Assembly: GCF_009937765.1 (NCBI RefSeq)
Contig: NZ_CP047089.1
Span: forward strand, 516,272 to 556,271
Direction: 5' to 3'
DNA: 40,000 nucleotides
Source: Bacillus pumilus
GTDB taxonomy: Bacteria > Bacillota > Bacilli > Bacillales > Bacillaceae
This document shows, piece after piece, positions 1 through 10,072 of the stretch; the stretch's first letter is position 1, and every line of letters begins with the position of its first letter. Position numbers and translations under genes: made by a program. The notes under the pieces are model-generated. The model made no database searches and was not told the DNA's origin. It saw only the letters and a list, made by a program, of their open reading frames with translations.

Positions 1-147
1 GTCAGGCTGCACATATCCACTTGCCAAACTGCCAAGTCCCCCGCATTGCGAAACAGCGGCTACCAGCTGCGGTGTCACGGCTCCTCCTGCCATTGGTGCT
101 TGGATGATCCCATATTTGATTTGCAGTAATTTCGTGATATCCCCCAT
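1..147 (-). CDS. Nitronate monooxygenase (2-nitropropane dioxygenase) family protein; only the N-terminal 49 codons are present because the gene runs off the left edge
   Basis: Truncated, so not in the ORF track. Reverse-strand translation from ATG at 147 gives MGDITKLLQIKYGIIQAPMAGGAVTPQLVAAVSQCGGLGSLASGYVQPD. The IIQAPMAGG...GGLG pattern is typical of the NMO family N-terminus. An SD-like GAGGTGGGGG lies just upstream. Confidence 0.6.
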   Translation of the reverse strand, partial: MGDITKLLQIKYGIIQAPMAGGAVTPQLVAAVSQCGGLGSLASGYVQPD

Positions 148-163
148 TTATTTCCCCCACCTC

Positions 164-565
164 TTACTCGTTTGATGACACCTGTATATAAAAATGGCGA
201 TGTCTCGGCCCGTCAAATTCACAGAAATAAATTCCCTGCCATGTGCCAAGGACAAGATCACCATGATGGATGAGAACATGCTGCGAGGCACCCATATAGC
301 TCGCTTTCATATGGGCGGCTGTATTTCCTTCCATATGGCGGTCCTTCGGATGTTCCCACGGAAAGACTTCGTCAAGCCTCCGGAGCATATCTCGTTTCAC
401 ATCTGGGTCCGCATTTTCATTAATGGTTATCCCTGCTGTCGTATGGGGACAGTAAACGATGACGCTTCCGTTTTGACTACCTGTTTCCTTGACATATTGA
501 TGAACCTCGCTGGTCACGTCGATCATCTCATCGCGTCTATTTGTTTGAATATTGATTTTTTTCAT
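164..565 (-). CDS. yugU: YjbQ/UPF0047 family protein (secondary thiamine-phosphate synthase-like), YugU-like
   Basis: ORF 164..586. I place the start at the internal ATG at 565 because AAGGAG sits 8 nt upstream. The sequence [21 protein letters not shown]...[15 protein letters not shown] is the conserved YjbQ core. Synteny with yugS/yugP/yugO supports the call. Confidence 0.8.
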   Translation of the reverse strand: MKKINIQTNRRDEMIDVTSEVHQYVKETGSQNGSVIVYCPHTTAGITINENADPDVKRDMLRRLDEVFPWEHPKDRHMEGNTAAHMKASYMGASQHVLIHHGDLVLGTWQGIYFCEFDGPRHRHFYIQVSSNE

Positions 566-668
566 ATGAGCGGCTCCTTTTTTCATTTCTATAAACCATA
601 CCCTTTTTATGTGAAGTCAATCACTGTTGATAAGTAGACGGCATTATCTCACCTAAAGTTTACCAAGT

Positions 669-696
669 AAAAAAACCTCGTCAAGAGTTACGAGGT
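669..696 (-). terminator. Rho-independent terminator after yugS (bidirectional shape)
   Basis: Stem ACCTCGT (675-681) pairs with ACGAGGT (689-695), with an A-run on one side and a T-run on the other. Confidence 0.7.
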
Positions 697-698
697 TT

Positions 699-1991
699 TT
701 AGGAAAAGTGGATCTTTTTGATTTCAATGGTCCGAATATGATGGTCTTCCGCATCTATGATGGTAAATTCACAGCCTTCTGCTTCAATCGTATCGCCAAT
801 TTCAATATCAAATTTATGTGTCATCATCCAGCCAGCAATTGTATCAACATCATCATTATCTATCGCTAAATCCAATAAATCATTTACTTCATCAATCAAG
901 GCTTTTCCATCCATGACATAGTGGAAGTCACCTTTTTTGACGATATGAGGTGTTTCATCCTGATCATATTCATCACGAATTTCGCCCACGATTTCCTCTA
1001 AGATGTCCTCTACTGTGACAAGCCCGGCTGTTCCTCCATATTCGTCTACGAGCACGGACATATGAATTCGTTCCTTTTGCATCAAAATGAGCAATTCTTG
1101 AACAGGTGTACTTTCAATCACCCGAATGACTGGACGCATTAAGTCTTCAATCGTCACATCTTGATTGAGGAAACTCGCCTTAAACACATCTTTGCTATTG
1201 ATGACACCAATCACATGATCTTTATCTTCTTTTATGACGGGGTAACGTGTGTATCTTTCGTTTAGCATATAATGCGTCACATCATCAAGTGTCTGTTCAA
1301 TCTCTATCGCTGAAATTTCTGTACGAGGGATCATAATCTCTCTCGCCACTCGGTTATCAAATTCAAAAATTTTATTCACATACTTGTACTCAGATTGGTT
1401 AATCTCGCCCTTCTCATAGCTTTCAGATAAAATAAGGCGCAATTCTTCCTCACTGATCGCCACTTCATGTTCTTTAACAGAATGAAAACCGAATAATTTC
1501 ACAATGCCTCGTGCCGCCCCATTTAATGCTTTAATAAACGGGTACATGACTCTATAGAAAAAGATGAGTGGCTTTGCTGTCACAAGGCTGACTGCTTCTG
1601 CCTTTTGAATGGCAATCGTTTTAGGCGCTAGTTCTCCCACAACGACATGTAAAAACGTAATGATCACAAATGCGATGATAAACGATAGGATGTCGGTTAA
1701 TGCGGAATGAAGCCCCAACTCCTCAAACAGCGGATGCAGAAAATGCTCGACCGTCGGCTCGCCCAGCCACCCTAAGCCTAAAGCCGTGATGGTAATGCCG
1801 AGCTGACACGCAGATAAATATTCGTCGAGATTTGATATGAGCTTTTGTACGTGAATGGCTCTCTTATCACCGCTTTCAATCAGCTGATTGATTTTAGAGC
1901 CTCTAATTTTCACAATCGCAAATTCAGTGACAACAAAAAATGCTGTCGCAGCAATGAGTAATATGACTAAAAATACGTTTAAAATATACAA
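699..1991 (-). CDS. yugS: CNNM/DUF21 membrane domain + CBS pair + CorC/HlyC C-terminal domain protein (hemolysin-C-like transporter family), YugS-like
   Basis: 430 aa. The hydrophobic N-terminus carries TEFAIVKIR (DUF21), followed by CBS-pair-like repeats and the C-terminal transporter-associated domain. Size and neighbours match B. subtilis yugS. The start codon is TTG. Confidence 0.8.
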   Translation of the reverse strand: MYILNVFLVILLIAATAFFVVTEFAIVKIRGSKINQLIESGDKRAIHVQKLISNLDEYLSACQLGITITALGLGWLGEPTVEHFLHPLFEELGLHSALTDILSFIIAFVIITFLHVVVGELAPKTIAIQKAEAVSLVTAKPLIFFYRVMYPFIKALNGAARGIVKLFGFHSVKEHEVAISEEELRLILSESYEKGEINQSEYKYVNKIFEFDNRVAREIMIPRTEISAIEIEQTLDDVTHYMLNERYTRYPVIKEDKDHVIGVINSKDVFKASFLNQDVTIEDLMRPVIRVIESTPVQELLILMQKERIHMSVLVDEYGGTAGLVTVEDILEEIVGEIRDEYDQDETPHIVKKGDFHYVMDGKALIDEVNDLLDLAIDNDDVDTIAGWMMTHKFDIEIGDTIEAEGCEFTIIDAEDHHIRTIEIKKIHFS

Positions 1992-2019
1992 AAAAACCCT
2001 TACCTAACAACGGTAAGGG
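1991..2019 (-). terminator. Hairpin plus T-run after yugP
   Basis: CCCTTACC (1997-2004) pairs with GGTAAGGG (2012-2019). On the minus strand it is followed by a T-run that overlaps the yugS TTG start. Confidence 0.5.
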
Positions 2020-2039
2020 CTCACCTCCTCTGGCATCAA

Positions 2040-2723
2040 TTAATCATTACGGCCATTTAGGAAGATCATTACAAAACGGAGCAATTCAAACAAGGAGACA
2101 AGGGCAGCTGCGACGTACGTAAGAGCTGCCGCATTTAACACCTTGTTCACGCCTCTTTCTTCACTGCTTCTAATGATTCCTTCTGAAACAATGATATCTT
2201 TCGCACGAGAACTTGCATTAAACTCGACAGGCAATGTCACAAGCTGAAAGAACACAGCCGCTGAGAACAAAATGATCCCAAGCCCGATTAAGTTAAGGCT
2301 GCCAAGTAAGATTCCACCAAGGAAAAGAAGCGGGGCAACACCAGATGCAAAGTTCACGACAGGAAAGATCTTATGTCTCAAGACAAGCGCACCATAGGAC
2401 TCCTGATGCTGCAAGGCATGTCCAACCTCGTGTGATGCGACTGAAATGGCCGAAATGGAATGGCCGTAGTACACAGGTTCAGATAAGCGAACCACACGCT
2501 GCGTCGGGTCGTAATGATCAGTCAAAGTTCCTCTTACCGGTTCAACAGGCACGTCGTATAACCCGTTGCGATCTAAAATATGTCGAGCGGTTTCCGCACC
2601 TGTTTTCATACTAGATGCTTCAACCTTTGAATACTTTTCAAAATTATTCTTTACTTTAAATTGTGCCCAAAATGATAATCCCAATGCGGCAAAAGTTAAA
2701 AAATAAAAAAACAGCATGCTCAT
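2040..2723 (-). CDS. yugP: Membrane zinc metallopeptidase (YugP family)
   Basis: 227 aa with an HEVGHALQ (HExxH) motif between TM segments. Size and synteny match YugP. Confidence 0.8.
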   Translation of the reverse strand: MSMLFFYFLTFAALGLSFWAQFKVKNNFEKYSKVEASSMKTGAETARHILDRNGLYDVPVEPVRGTLTDHYDPTQRVVRLSEPVYYGHSISAISVASHEVGHALQHQESYGALVLRHKIFPVVNFASGVAPLLFLGGILLGSLNLIGLGIILFSAAVFFQLVTLPVEFNASSRAKDIIVSEGIIRSSEERGVNKVLNAAALTYVAAALVSLFELLRFVMIFLNGRND

Positions 2724-2795
2724 CAGCTTCCTTTTTATTTTATATATTTATTTACAATTTTAATGACTTTTATGTAAGGTGTACAGAAAAAAGCA

Positions 2796-3026
2796 CTAGG
2801 TCTTTTTAAGTGGGATCACCGTGCCAATGAAAAAGAAGAATACACCTAAGCATGCTGTATAAAAGGTGACCGTTCCGTATAAATCTTGAAAAAAGTGCAG
2901 CCATGAAAAATCATTCATAAAATGATTCACCGCATTTAAGTCAAACACAAGTAAGATCACCGCTGATGATAAAAAATGAGCACCGATAAAAAGAAGTACG
3001 GTCTTTTGAACGAACGACATTCGCAT
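2796..3026 (-). CDS. Small hydrophobic membrane protein, function unknown
   Basis: 76 aa with two or three predicted TM helices. AAGGAGGG lies directly upstream, so the true start may be the second Met at 3020. No family recognised. Confidence 0.4.
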   Translation of the reverse strand: MRMSFVQKTVLLFIGAHFLSSAVILLVFDLNAVNHFMNDFSWLHFFQDLYGTVTFYTACLGVFFFFIGTVIPLKKT

Positions 3027-3137
3027 TCCCTCCTTCTTCTCTCTTATTTTAAGATATGGGAACTACATGACGAAGATGAAAAAATGTTCCTCAATCGGGC
3101 ATACTGACAATAGCAGTCTCCTGAAAGGAAGAGTCCG

Positions 3138-3932
3138 ATGAAATCAAACCGTATCTTTATCGCTTGGCTAAGGTGGCCACTTTATCTTCGAATTGTCGTC
3201 ATCATTTGTTTCTTACTTCTTTTTTTCGGACAATTAATCGTTTTTCTCGAACCGAAGCAGTATCATACAATCTTTGATGGAATCTGGTGGGCAGTCATTA
3301 CAGTATCTACAGTGGGCTATGGTGATTTTGTGCCGCAAACCATGCCAGGACAAGTCGCGGGTATGGCTCTAATTTTTATCGGCGCAAGCTTTGTCACAGC
3401 TTATTTTGCTACGCTTGCCGCCGCTGTGTTCAGCAAGCAGCACCATTATGTAGAAGGAAAGGTTGCTTTTAAGGGGAAGGGACATCTCATCATTATCGGC
3501 TGGAATGAGAAAACGAACAAACTGCTTCAGTCATTTCAAATGATTGACCCAGCTATGCCGATTGTGCTGATTGATGACTCCTTGAAGGAAGGACCTCTTC
3601 TAGAGAATGTTCATTTTATTAAAGGACACGGCACCGAGGATGGCACACTTCGCAAAGCCAATATTTCAGGTGCAGATGCACTGATGATTACCGCAGATCA
3701 GCACGAGAATGAAGTGACAGCTGATATGCAGAGTGTTTTAACATTACTTGCAGCAAAAGGATTAAATCCCTCGCTCTACTGTTTAATTGAAATCTTAACA
3801 GATCGATATGTGAAAAATGCCGAGCGTGCTGGCGCCAATCAAGTCATTCATACCTCTGATGCAGTCAATCATTTAATGGTCGAGCATTTTCTTTTAAAGG
3901 AGGATGACATAAAAAGTCGTAGAAAACGTTAG
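3138..3932 (+). CDS. yugO: Potassium channel with TrkA-N/RCK domain (YugO-like)
   Basis: 264 aa. It has the K+ selectivity filter TVSTVGYGD, followed by an RCK-type Rossmann region (HLIIIGWNEKT...). Confidence 0.85.
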   Translation: MKSNRIFIAWLRWPLYLRIVVIICFLLLFFGQLIVFLEPKQYHTIFDGIWWAVITVSTVGYGDFVPQTMPGQVAGMALIFIGASFVTAYFATLAAAVFSKQHHYVEGKVAFKGKGHLIIIGWNEKTNKLLQSFQMIDPAMPIVLIDDSLKEGPLLENVHFIKGHGTEDGTLRKANISGADALMITADQHENEVTADMQSVLTLLAAKGLNPSLYCLIEILTDRYVKNAERAGANQVIHTSDAVNHLMVEHFLLKEDDIKSRRKR

Positions 3933-4013
3933 TATGGAATAACCTGTTCTAATAAGGTTTCGCTTATTGTGTTAATGGTTTAGAAAAGCGTAGAACGAGG
4001 TCGCCAATTTTTG

Positions 4014-4046
4014 TTCGTCCCTAATTCGTCCCCAATCCGTCCCCAT
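4014..4046. repeat. Three tandem copies of an 11-bp unit (TTCGTCCCTAA / TTCGTCCCCAA / TCCGTCCCCAT)
   Basis: Read directly from the sequence. It lies between the yugO stop and the terminator hairpin. Confidence 0.8.
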
Positions 4047-4080
4047 AAAAAAACAGACCATGCAGGGTCTGTTTTAATTT
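4047..4080. terminator. Bidirectional rho-independent terminator
   Basis: ACAGACC (4053-4059) pairs with GGTCTGT (4066-4072), with A7 upstream and TTTAATTTT downstream. Confidence 0.7.
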
Positions 4081-4412
4081 TACCTATACGTTTTCTGAAG
4101 TTGTATAACGTTCGATCATAGTCGTGTTTCGATCGATTTTTTGTATCAATGTCGTGTTTTGATCAGTCGAGATACTGTACACTCCTGCTACTGTAATCAC
4201 CGTAAGAGCAATTGATAACCAATACCATAGTATCCTACTCAATAAATTCTTTAAAACAACTAATACCCTTAGAAGACCTCAATAAAGAACTTTAGTGGAC
4301 TAATCAAACACACTTCTATTGTTACAATCCTGATCCTTACATTTCAACATTAACTGAAGAACCTAATTTATTAAATAAATCAATATTGTAAAGTAATTTG
4401 TGTAAACCATTC

Positions 4413-4459
4413 TGACCCTAAATCTTTCCCAGTTTCACTAGGTATAATTTAGGGTCATA
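4413..4459. other. 11-bp perfect inverted repeat with a 25-nt spacer, just downstream of the collagen-like gene
   Basis: TGACCCTAAAT (4413-4423) pairs with ATTTAGGGTCA (4449-4459). There is no flanking T-run, so this is not a canonical terminator. Confidence 0.6.
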
Positions 4460-4496
4460 TTGTTTCTCCGATCAATCTATTAAGATTTCCAGAAAT

Positions 4497-6155
<1,659 letters not shown>

Positions 6156-6281
6156 TCAAGTTCATACTATGTAAATCATCTAAGTTTGGAACATTCCTTA
6201 GCATAAATGAATAAAAAGGCTAAGGATTTAGGAGTCAGTCACTATTTACTTAGACCTTTATTAGTTTTCAGAGTAGGGATA

Positions 6282-6309
6282 GTTGGGAATTAAATGAATG
6301 ATTCCCAAC
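6282..6309. other. 9-bp inverted repeat GTTGGGAAT-N10-ATTCCCAAC upstream of the collagen-like gene; possible operator
   Basis: Seen directly. There is no adjacent T-run on either strand. Confidence 0.4.
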
Positions 6310-6329
6310 CACAAGAAAAATAAGACAAA

Positions 6330-6374
6330 GACACAAAAAAGAAAAGACCTCCCCATAGGAGAAGGTTCTTTTCC
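6330..6374 (-). terminator. Rho-independent terminator (minus-strand orientation)
   Basis: GAAAAGA(A)CCT imperfect stem (6341-6350 with 6362-6373), followed on the minus strand by TTTTCTTTTTTG. Confidence 0.55.
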
Positions 6375-6523
6375 AAATGAAGTTAAGTCATCAAAAGTGT
6401 AAACATGTGGTCTGCATACTATATGTAAGTGAATTGGAAAAGTGTTTATTTATAAATTTGAGTTATTACCACTTGGAGATTCGGTAAAATATTAAAGATT
6501 AATTCCCTCTAATCCTTGTGGGA

Positions 6524-6580
6524 TAAAAAAGACCTCCAATATAGGGGACTGACCCCATAAAGTGAGGTCTTTTTTTATTT
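6524..6580 (-). terminator. Terminator after the endolysin gene (compound hairpin, bidirectional shape)
   Basis: GACCTC (6531-6536) pairs with GAGGTC (6564-6569), with an inner GGGG/CCCC hairpin, flanked by A6 and T7 runs. Confidence 0.65.
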
Positions 6581-6582
6581 AC

Positions 6583-7404
6583 TTATTTCAATGCTTTTTG
6601 AAGAGCTGCTTTAGTCTTTGGACCATAGATGCCGTCAGCAATAAGACCGTGCATGAGCTGGAACCGCTTGACCGCATTCACAGTTTTGGGTCCATAATAG
6701 CCGTCAATCCCGTTGTTTTTAGCTCCCTTTTCAGGATAGAAATAGACAGCAGCCAGCGCCTCCTGTAATGCTTTTACTCCCGCTCCCTTTGTCAAAGGCT
6801 TGGTCACTTTAATGATGCCAGATGGTAAGTTAAATGACTTTTTAGCAGGCTTGGAAGCTGTTTTTTTGGATGAAGTATTTTTGACAGGTGTCGCTTTCAC
6901 AGGCTTTGCTGTTGCCTTTTTACCTGTATGAGCGGTTGCAATACCCGCTTTGAAGCTGTCCCATCGATTAAGCAGCTTTCGAGGACAATTCTTGCCGCTC
7001 CATCTCTTATGAGGCACAACGTTTGCCAATGGAATGCCTTTCTCTGTCATAAGCTTCCGAATGAGCCATTGAGCATTTTCAACCGCTTTTTCAAAATTAC
7101 CGTCTGCGTTTTCACAAATCTCAATTCCAATTGACTTCATGTTTCCGGTTCCTCGTCCATCTCCTGCATGCCAGCCATTTTCGTTTAAAGGCAAATGCTG
7201 ATAAATGACTTTATCATCAACTGTAAAGTGCCAGCTTACACCTGTACTAGATCGTTTCACAAACGATGCGTGACTTGTTGCGTTTGCCCCTTTTGCTGTG
7301 TTAGCTGTGTTATGAACCGTAATATATAACGGCTTCATTCTATTTCCTGGTCTGTTGCGGTTACTCTTTGGAATAAAATCTTTAATGATTTTTACCACGT
7401 TCAT
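6583..7404 (-). CDS. Endolysin: N-acetylmuramoyl-L-alanine amidase (Amidase_2/PGRP fold) with a C-terminal PG_binding_1 repeat; CwlA/XlyA-like
   Basis: 273 aa with ITVHNTAN...WHFTVDD...AWHAGDG...IGIEICEN...HKRWSGKNCP amidase motifs. The C-terminal YFYPEKGAKNNGIDGYYGPKT...DGIYGPKTKAAL resembles the skin-element CwlA tail as I recall it. Confidence 0.9.
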   Translation of the reverse strand: MNVVKIIKDFIPKSNRNRPGNRMKPLYITVHNTANTAKGANATSHASFVKRSSTGVSWHFTVDDKVIYQHLPLNENGWHAGDGRGTGNMKSIGIEICENADGNFEKAVENAQWLIRKLMTEKGIPLANVVPHKRWSGKNCPRKLLNRWDSFKAGIATAHTGKKATAKPVKATPVKNTSSKKTASKPAKKSFNLPSGIIKVTKPLTKGAGVKALQEALAAVYFYPEKGAKNNGIDGYYGPKTVNAVKRFQLMHGLIADGIYGPKTKAALQKALK

Positions 7405-7459
7405 CGTCTCCTTAAATTTTGATTTTGATAATTAAAAAATGCCGCCTAATGGCAACCGT

Positions 7460-7723
7460 TTATTTTGAAAGTCCTTTTTGTTTCAGAATTTCTTTCTGTT
7501 GTTTTCCTTTTTCGGTAACATAGTTATTTTTGAACCATGTGACAAGGGTTGTTGCGATTGTAAAGATCATTGAGAAAGCAAGATACAATGTTTCAGCTAA
7601 TGAAGTGACTTGATCCTCACTAATCGGCAAGATTGGCTTGCCAAATAGAATTAATGCTTGGTTGATTAGTGCCATAAAAAGAAGCACTGTACGGATCACA
7701 GTGCCTTTGTCGAAGTTTTTCAT
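7460..7723 (-). CDS. Phage holin, XhlB/SPP1-holin (Phage_holin_4_1) type
   Basis: 87 aa with [17 protein letters not shown]...[12 protein letters not shown], closely resembling PBSX XhlB. It has two TM segments. Confidence 0.85.
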   Translation of the reverse strand: MKNFDKGTVIRTVLLFMALINQALILFGKPILPISEDQVTSLAETLYLAFSMIFTIATTLVTWFKNNYVTEKGKQQKEILKQKGLSK

Positions 7724-7738
7724 AATTGTTTCCTCCTA

Positions 7739-7954
7739 TTATTTTAAATTCCGTTCAATTTTATCGAGCTTGTCGATCACGACATCATACTTTTCACTAA
7801 ACTTTGCTAACACATCATTTTGCGCTTCGATTTGTTCATTGAGCTTGTTTTCTCTTTCCTTTGTTGTGTTTAATACGTAAAACAGCACCCAACAAAAAAG
7901 AACCGCAAAGGGTCCTTGTGTCATCAAATATTGAGCCAAATCCATTTCCACCAT
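7739..7954 (-). CDS. BhlA/UviB-family holin-like membrane peptide
   Basis: The ORF is 7739..7960. I place the start at ATG 7954, 9 nt after GAGGGAG. MVEMDLAQYLMTQGPFAVLFCWVLFYV...KFSEKYDVVIDKLDKIE matches the BhlA pattern. Confidence 0.75.
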   Translation of the reverse strand: MVEMDLAQYLMTQGPFAVLFCWVLFYVLNTTKERENKLNEQIEAQNDVLAKFSEKYDVVIDKLDKIERNLK

Positions 7955-8002
7955 ACTCACCTACTCCCTCACTTTGTCCACCCCCTTAAAGAAGGCAAAA
8001 TA

Positions 8003-8020
8003 AAAAGCCTCTCTAGGCTT
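8003..8020 (-). terminator. Small hairpin plus T-run overlapping the XkdX stop
   Basis: AAGCCT-AGAG-AGGCTT followed by TTTTATTTTG on the minus strand. Confidence 0.45.
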
Positions 8021-8156
8021 CGTATTGTTCTCCTGTTATTTCCTGATAATCTTCTGTGTTAATCCAACCGATTTCTACATAAAAGGCAATGTCTTCAGGA
8101 CCATAACACTGCCAGTCCCAAAACTGCTTTATATCCGCCACTGTTGGATATATCAT
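8013..8156 (-). CDS. XkdX-family small phage protein (47 aa)
   Basis: Below the ORF-track size cutoff. Translation is MIYPTVADIKQFWDWQCYGPEDIAFYVEIGWINTEDYQEITGEQYEA. There is an ATGA start/stop overlap with the upstream gene, and the ...W.T.EDY..ITG ending is typical of XkdX. Confidence 0.7.
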   Translation of the reverse strand: MIYPTVADIKQFWDWQCYGPEDIAFYVEIGWINTEDYQEITGEQYEA

Positions 8157-8527
8157 GATTTTTCACCACCCTTCATCTCCTGGATCTCAGTCATGAGTTG
8201 AGCCAATTGTTTCGCCATTTGTGCTTCACGCAGTTTGGCTGCAGCTGCTTCTTTTGAAAGCTGACTCAATTGCTTTGTTAACACCGCATTTTGCTGTTTT
8301 AGTAAATCAATATCATACGGCGGTTGCTCTGTTTGTAAGCTATCAATGTACTCCTGGGTTGCTGATTCGCTCCATGTTTTGCTTACGGGATTATATTCTG
8401 CTATATATAACCCATCTTGGGGTTGAACATCCGTAAATCCCTCTGGAATATCAGCTTCATCAGGTATTTCTTTATCCCCACCAGGTATATACTTGAAATT
8501 TTCATCATAGGCGTATATTGGTTTCAT
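8153..8527 (-). CDS. XkdW-like tail-fibre-associated protein with a C-terminal coiled coil
   Basis: 124 aa. The call rests on its position between the fibre and XkdX genes and on the C-terminal heptad-rich LTKQLSQLSKE...LAQLMTEIQEMK. Confidence 0.5.
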   Translation of the reverse strand: MKPIYAYDENFKYIPGGDKEIPDEADIPEGFTDVQPQDGLYIAEYNPVSKTWSESATQEYIDSLQTEQPPYDIDLLKQQNAVLTKQLSQLSKEAAAAKLREAQMAKQLAQLMTEIQEMKGGEKS

Positions 8528-8531
8528 GAAA

Positions 8532-9662
8532 TCACTCCTTTGCTTTAAAGATGCAGTTAACAGTTATGAATTCATTATTGCTGGTTGTATCTTGTATGAT
8601 AAATCGACCATTCGTTGCAATATATTGACGACTAAACTGCGGCCCCTTATATCCTCCTGTACTAGATGCAATGCCTACATTATAAATAGGGAATGGCGGC
8701 TCACATCCTTCTGGCAACATAAAGGCATGCACATCCCCAATTGTTCCACCTGTGATGGCTCCAGTTACATGAACAAATCCCATCGCATCCTTTGCGACGC
8801 GAACCCGATAGTCATTATTGACCTCAGACTTATATGTTTTCCACCCGTTCCTGATCGTGGGGAACTTCCAGTCAAGTTTTGCATCTCCACTGGTTATAAC
8901 TCTCTCCCACCCTCTGAAACCTTGTGTATGAAACGTCCCGATCCAAGTTACATTATCAAACGATCTTGTTGCAGTAATCTTTTTGAGAACTTCACCGTTT
9001 GATATATGGGATGTATCTAAAACCTCAATGTAATAAAAACTCTGATCATTATCTACAGGAAGATTTAATAACTGTGCTCCCATATAAGGACCAGTCGGTA
9101 AGGTAAATATATCAGTACCGTTTGGCAGCCTTTTCACTTTACCATCGTCTGGTGTGAGTTTATAAAGTTGTCCGTTATTCCATTTAAGTCGTTCCGCAAT
9201 TGTCGGCAGCTGCGTCCAAGTGATAGATATATGGCCAGAATTATAGTAAAAGTAATAGGCATTGCCTGACGTGTCTATCGCAAAACCGGTTCCGATGTTG
9301 TTTTGACCAACAGTTTGAATCCCTCGTAACGCAGCTTTGTTAGGTGCTGGAGAATCTTCTACACCCGATGGAGCATAAAATGTACAAGTTCCTTTGTCTT
9401 TAATCGCATCAAATATTCTTCCGTCAGTTGGAACCGCAATTAACTGTTTTCCATCATCAGCTGTGATCTTATATAGCTGCGATTCATTCCATTTCTTCTT
9501 CTCCGCTGAAGATGCATGCGATTTAGTATCACCTGTGTGATTTGCAAGTTGATCAAGTAGACCAAAATCATTTTCAAGCAACACTTTAACCATGGCATTG
9601 AACAGATCCGCATGAGCCTTGTCACTTGTTTCAAACACTTTAGGAGATTTAATATCCATCAA
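8532..9662 (-). CDS. Tail fibre / receptor-binding protein (XkdV position)
   Basis: 376 aa at the distal end of the tail module. It has an internal duplication (KKKWNESQLYKITADDGK / RLKWNNGQLYKLTPDDGK). Confidence 0.6.
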   Translation of the reverse strand: MMDIKSPKVFETSDKAHADLFNAMVKVLLENDFGLLDQLANHTGDTKSHASSAEKKKWNESQLYKITADDGKQLIAVPTDGRIFDAIKDKGTCTFYAPSGVEDSPAPNKAALRGIQTVGQNNIGTGFAIDTSGNAYYFYYNSGHISITWTQLPTIAERLKWNNGQLYKLTPDDGKVKRLPNGTDIFTLPTGPYMGAQLLNLPVDNDQSFYYIEVLDTSHISNGEVLKKITATRSFDNVTWIGTFHTQGFRGWERVITSGDAKLDWKFPTIRNGWKTYKSEVNNDYRVRVAKDAMGFVHVTGAITGGTIGDVHAFMLPEGCEPPFPIYNVGIASSTGGYKGPQFSRQYIATNGRFIIQDTTSNNEFITVNCIFKAKE

Positions 9663-9676
9663 TGAGCACTCCTTTC

Positions 9677-10060
9677 TTAGTAAATATCATCAATCTCAAA
9701 GATGAATTCAATGTCACCATCTTTTTGCTTGTCTGTCATGGTGCGGATCGCCGTAAACTTTCCATCTTCATCAACAAGAGCCAATTCATTAATGACTTCC
9801 CCAGCAAGCTCCCCTTCAGCGATCGTGCAGGTGTAGCGGATTTTTGCTGGTTCCATGAATTCATATGAATCAATTTCTTTTTGAACAAGCTCACTCTTCA
9901 ATGCTTGCTCAGTTCCATCCAGGGAAATCGGTTTCCCATCCTTCGTCCCACCCTTTCCGAAAGCCATCTTGACCACTTTCGTAAGCCTTGTTCCCTCCGC
10001 TCTAGCCTTCGCCATTTGTTGCCGAGCATAAAGTGTTGTTACGGTTAATTGATCAGCCAT
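9677..10060 (-). CDS. Phage tail-collar fibre protein, N-terminal domain type (P2 gpH N-terminus-like)
   Basis: 127 aa. The pattern T..G..LA.A...G....MAFGKGG...P......L..E......EL.GE.INELALVDEDGK..AI resembles the tail-collar fibre domain. Confidence 0.6.
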   Translation of the reverse strand: MADQLTVTTLYARQQMAKARAEGTRLTKVVKMAFGKGGTKDGKPISLDGTEQALKSELVQKEIDSYEFMEPAKIRYTCTIAEGELAGEVINELALVDEDGKFTAIRTMTDKQKDGDIEFIFEIDDIY

Positions 10061-10072
10061 TATGATCCTCCT

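Noticed and set aside
2796-3137. Whether the 76-aa ORF next to yugO is the Mistic (mstX) gene that precedes yugO in B. subtilis.
   Set aside because: It lies on the opposite strand to yugO, so it cannot form an mstX-yugO operon. Its sequence (multi-TM, very hydrophobic) does not resemble what I recall of Mistic. It is left as an unnamed small membrane protein.
4084-4242. Possible 52-aa membrane-anchored ORF on the minus strand: (TTG)SRILWYWLSIALTVITVAGVYSISTDQNTTLIQKIDRNTTMIERYTTSENV. It contains a duplicated D(Q/R)NTT(L/M)I motif that matches the direct DNA repeat GTCGTGTTTYGATC, and it ends next to the bidirectional terminator.
   Set aside because: The only available start is a TTG with no recognisable Shine-Dalgarno sequence. 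It is kept as a note and not called as a gene. Ribosome profiling or conservation analysis could rescue it.
4443-4448. A plus-strand TATAAT inside the 4413-4459 inverted repeat, as a possible promoter.
   Set aside because: There is no acceptable -35 at 16-18 bp. It would also drive transcription antisense into the collagen-like gene with no ORF to express.
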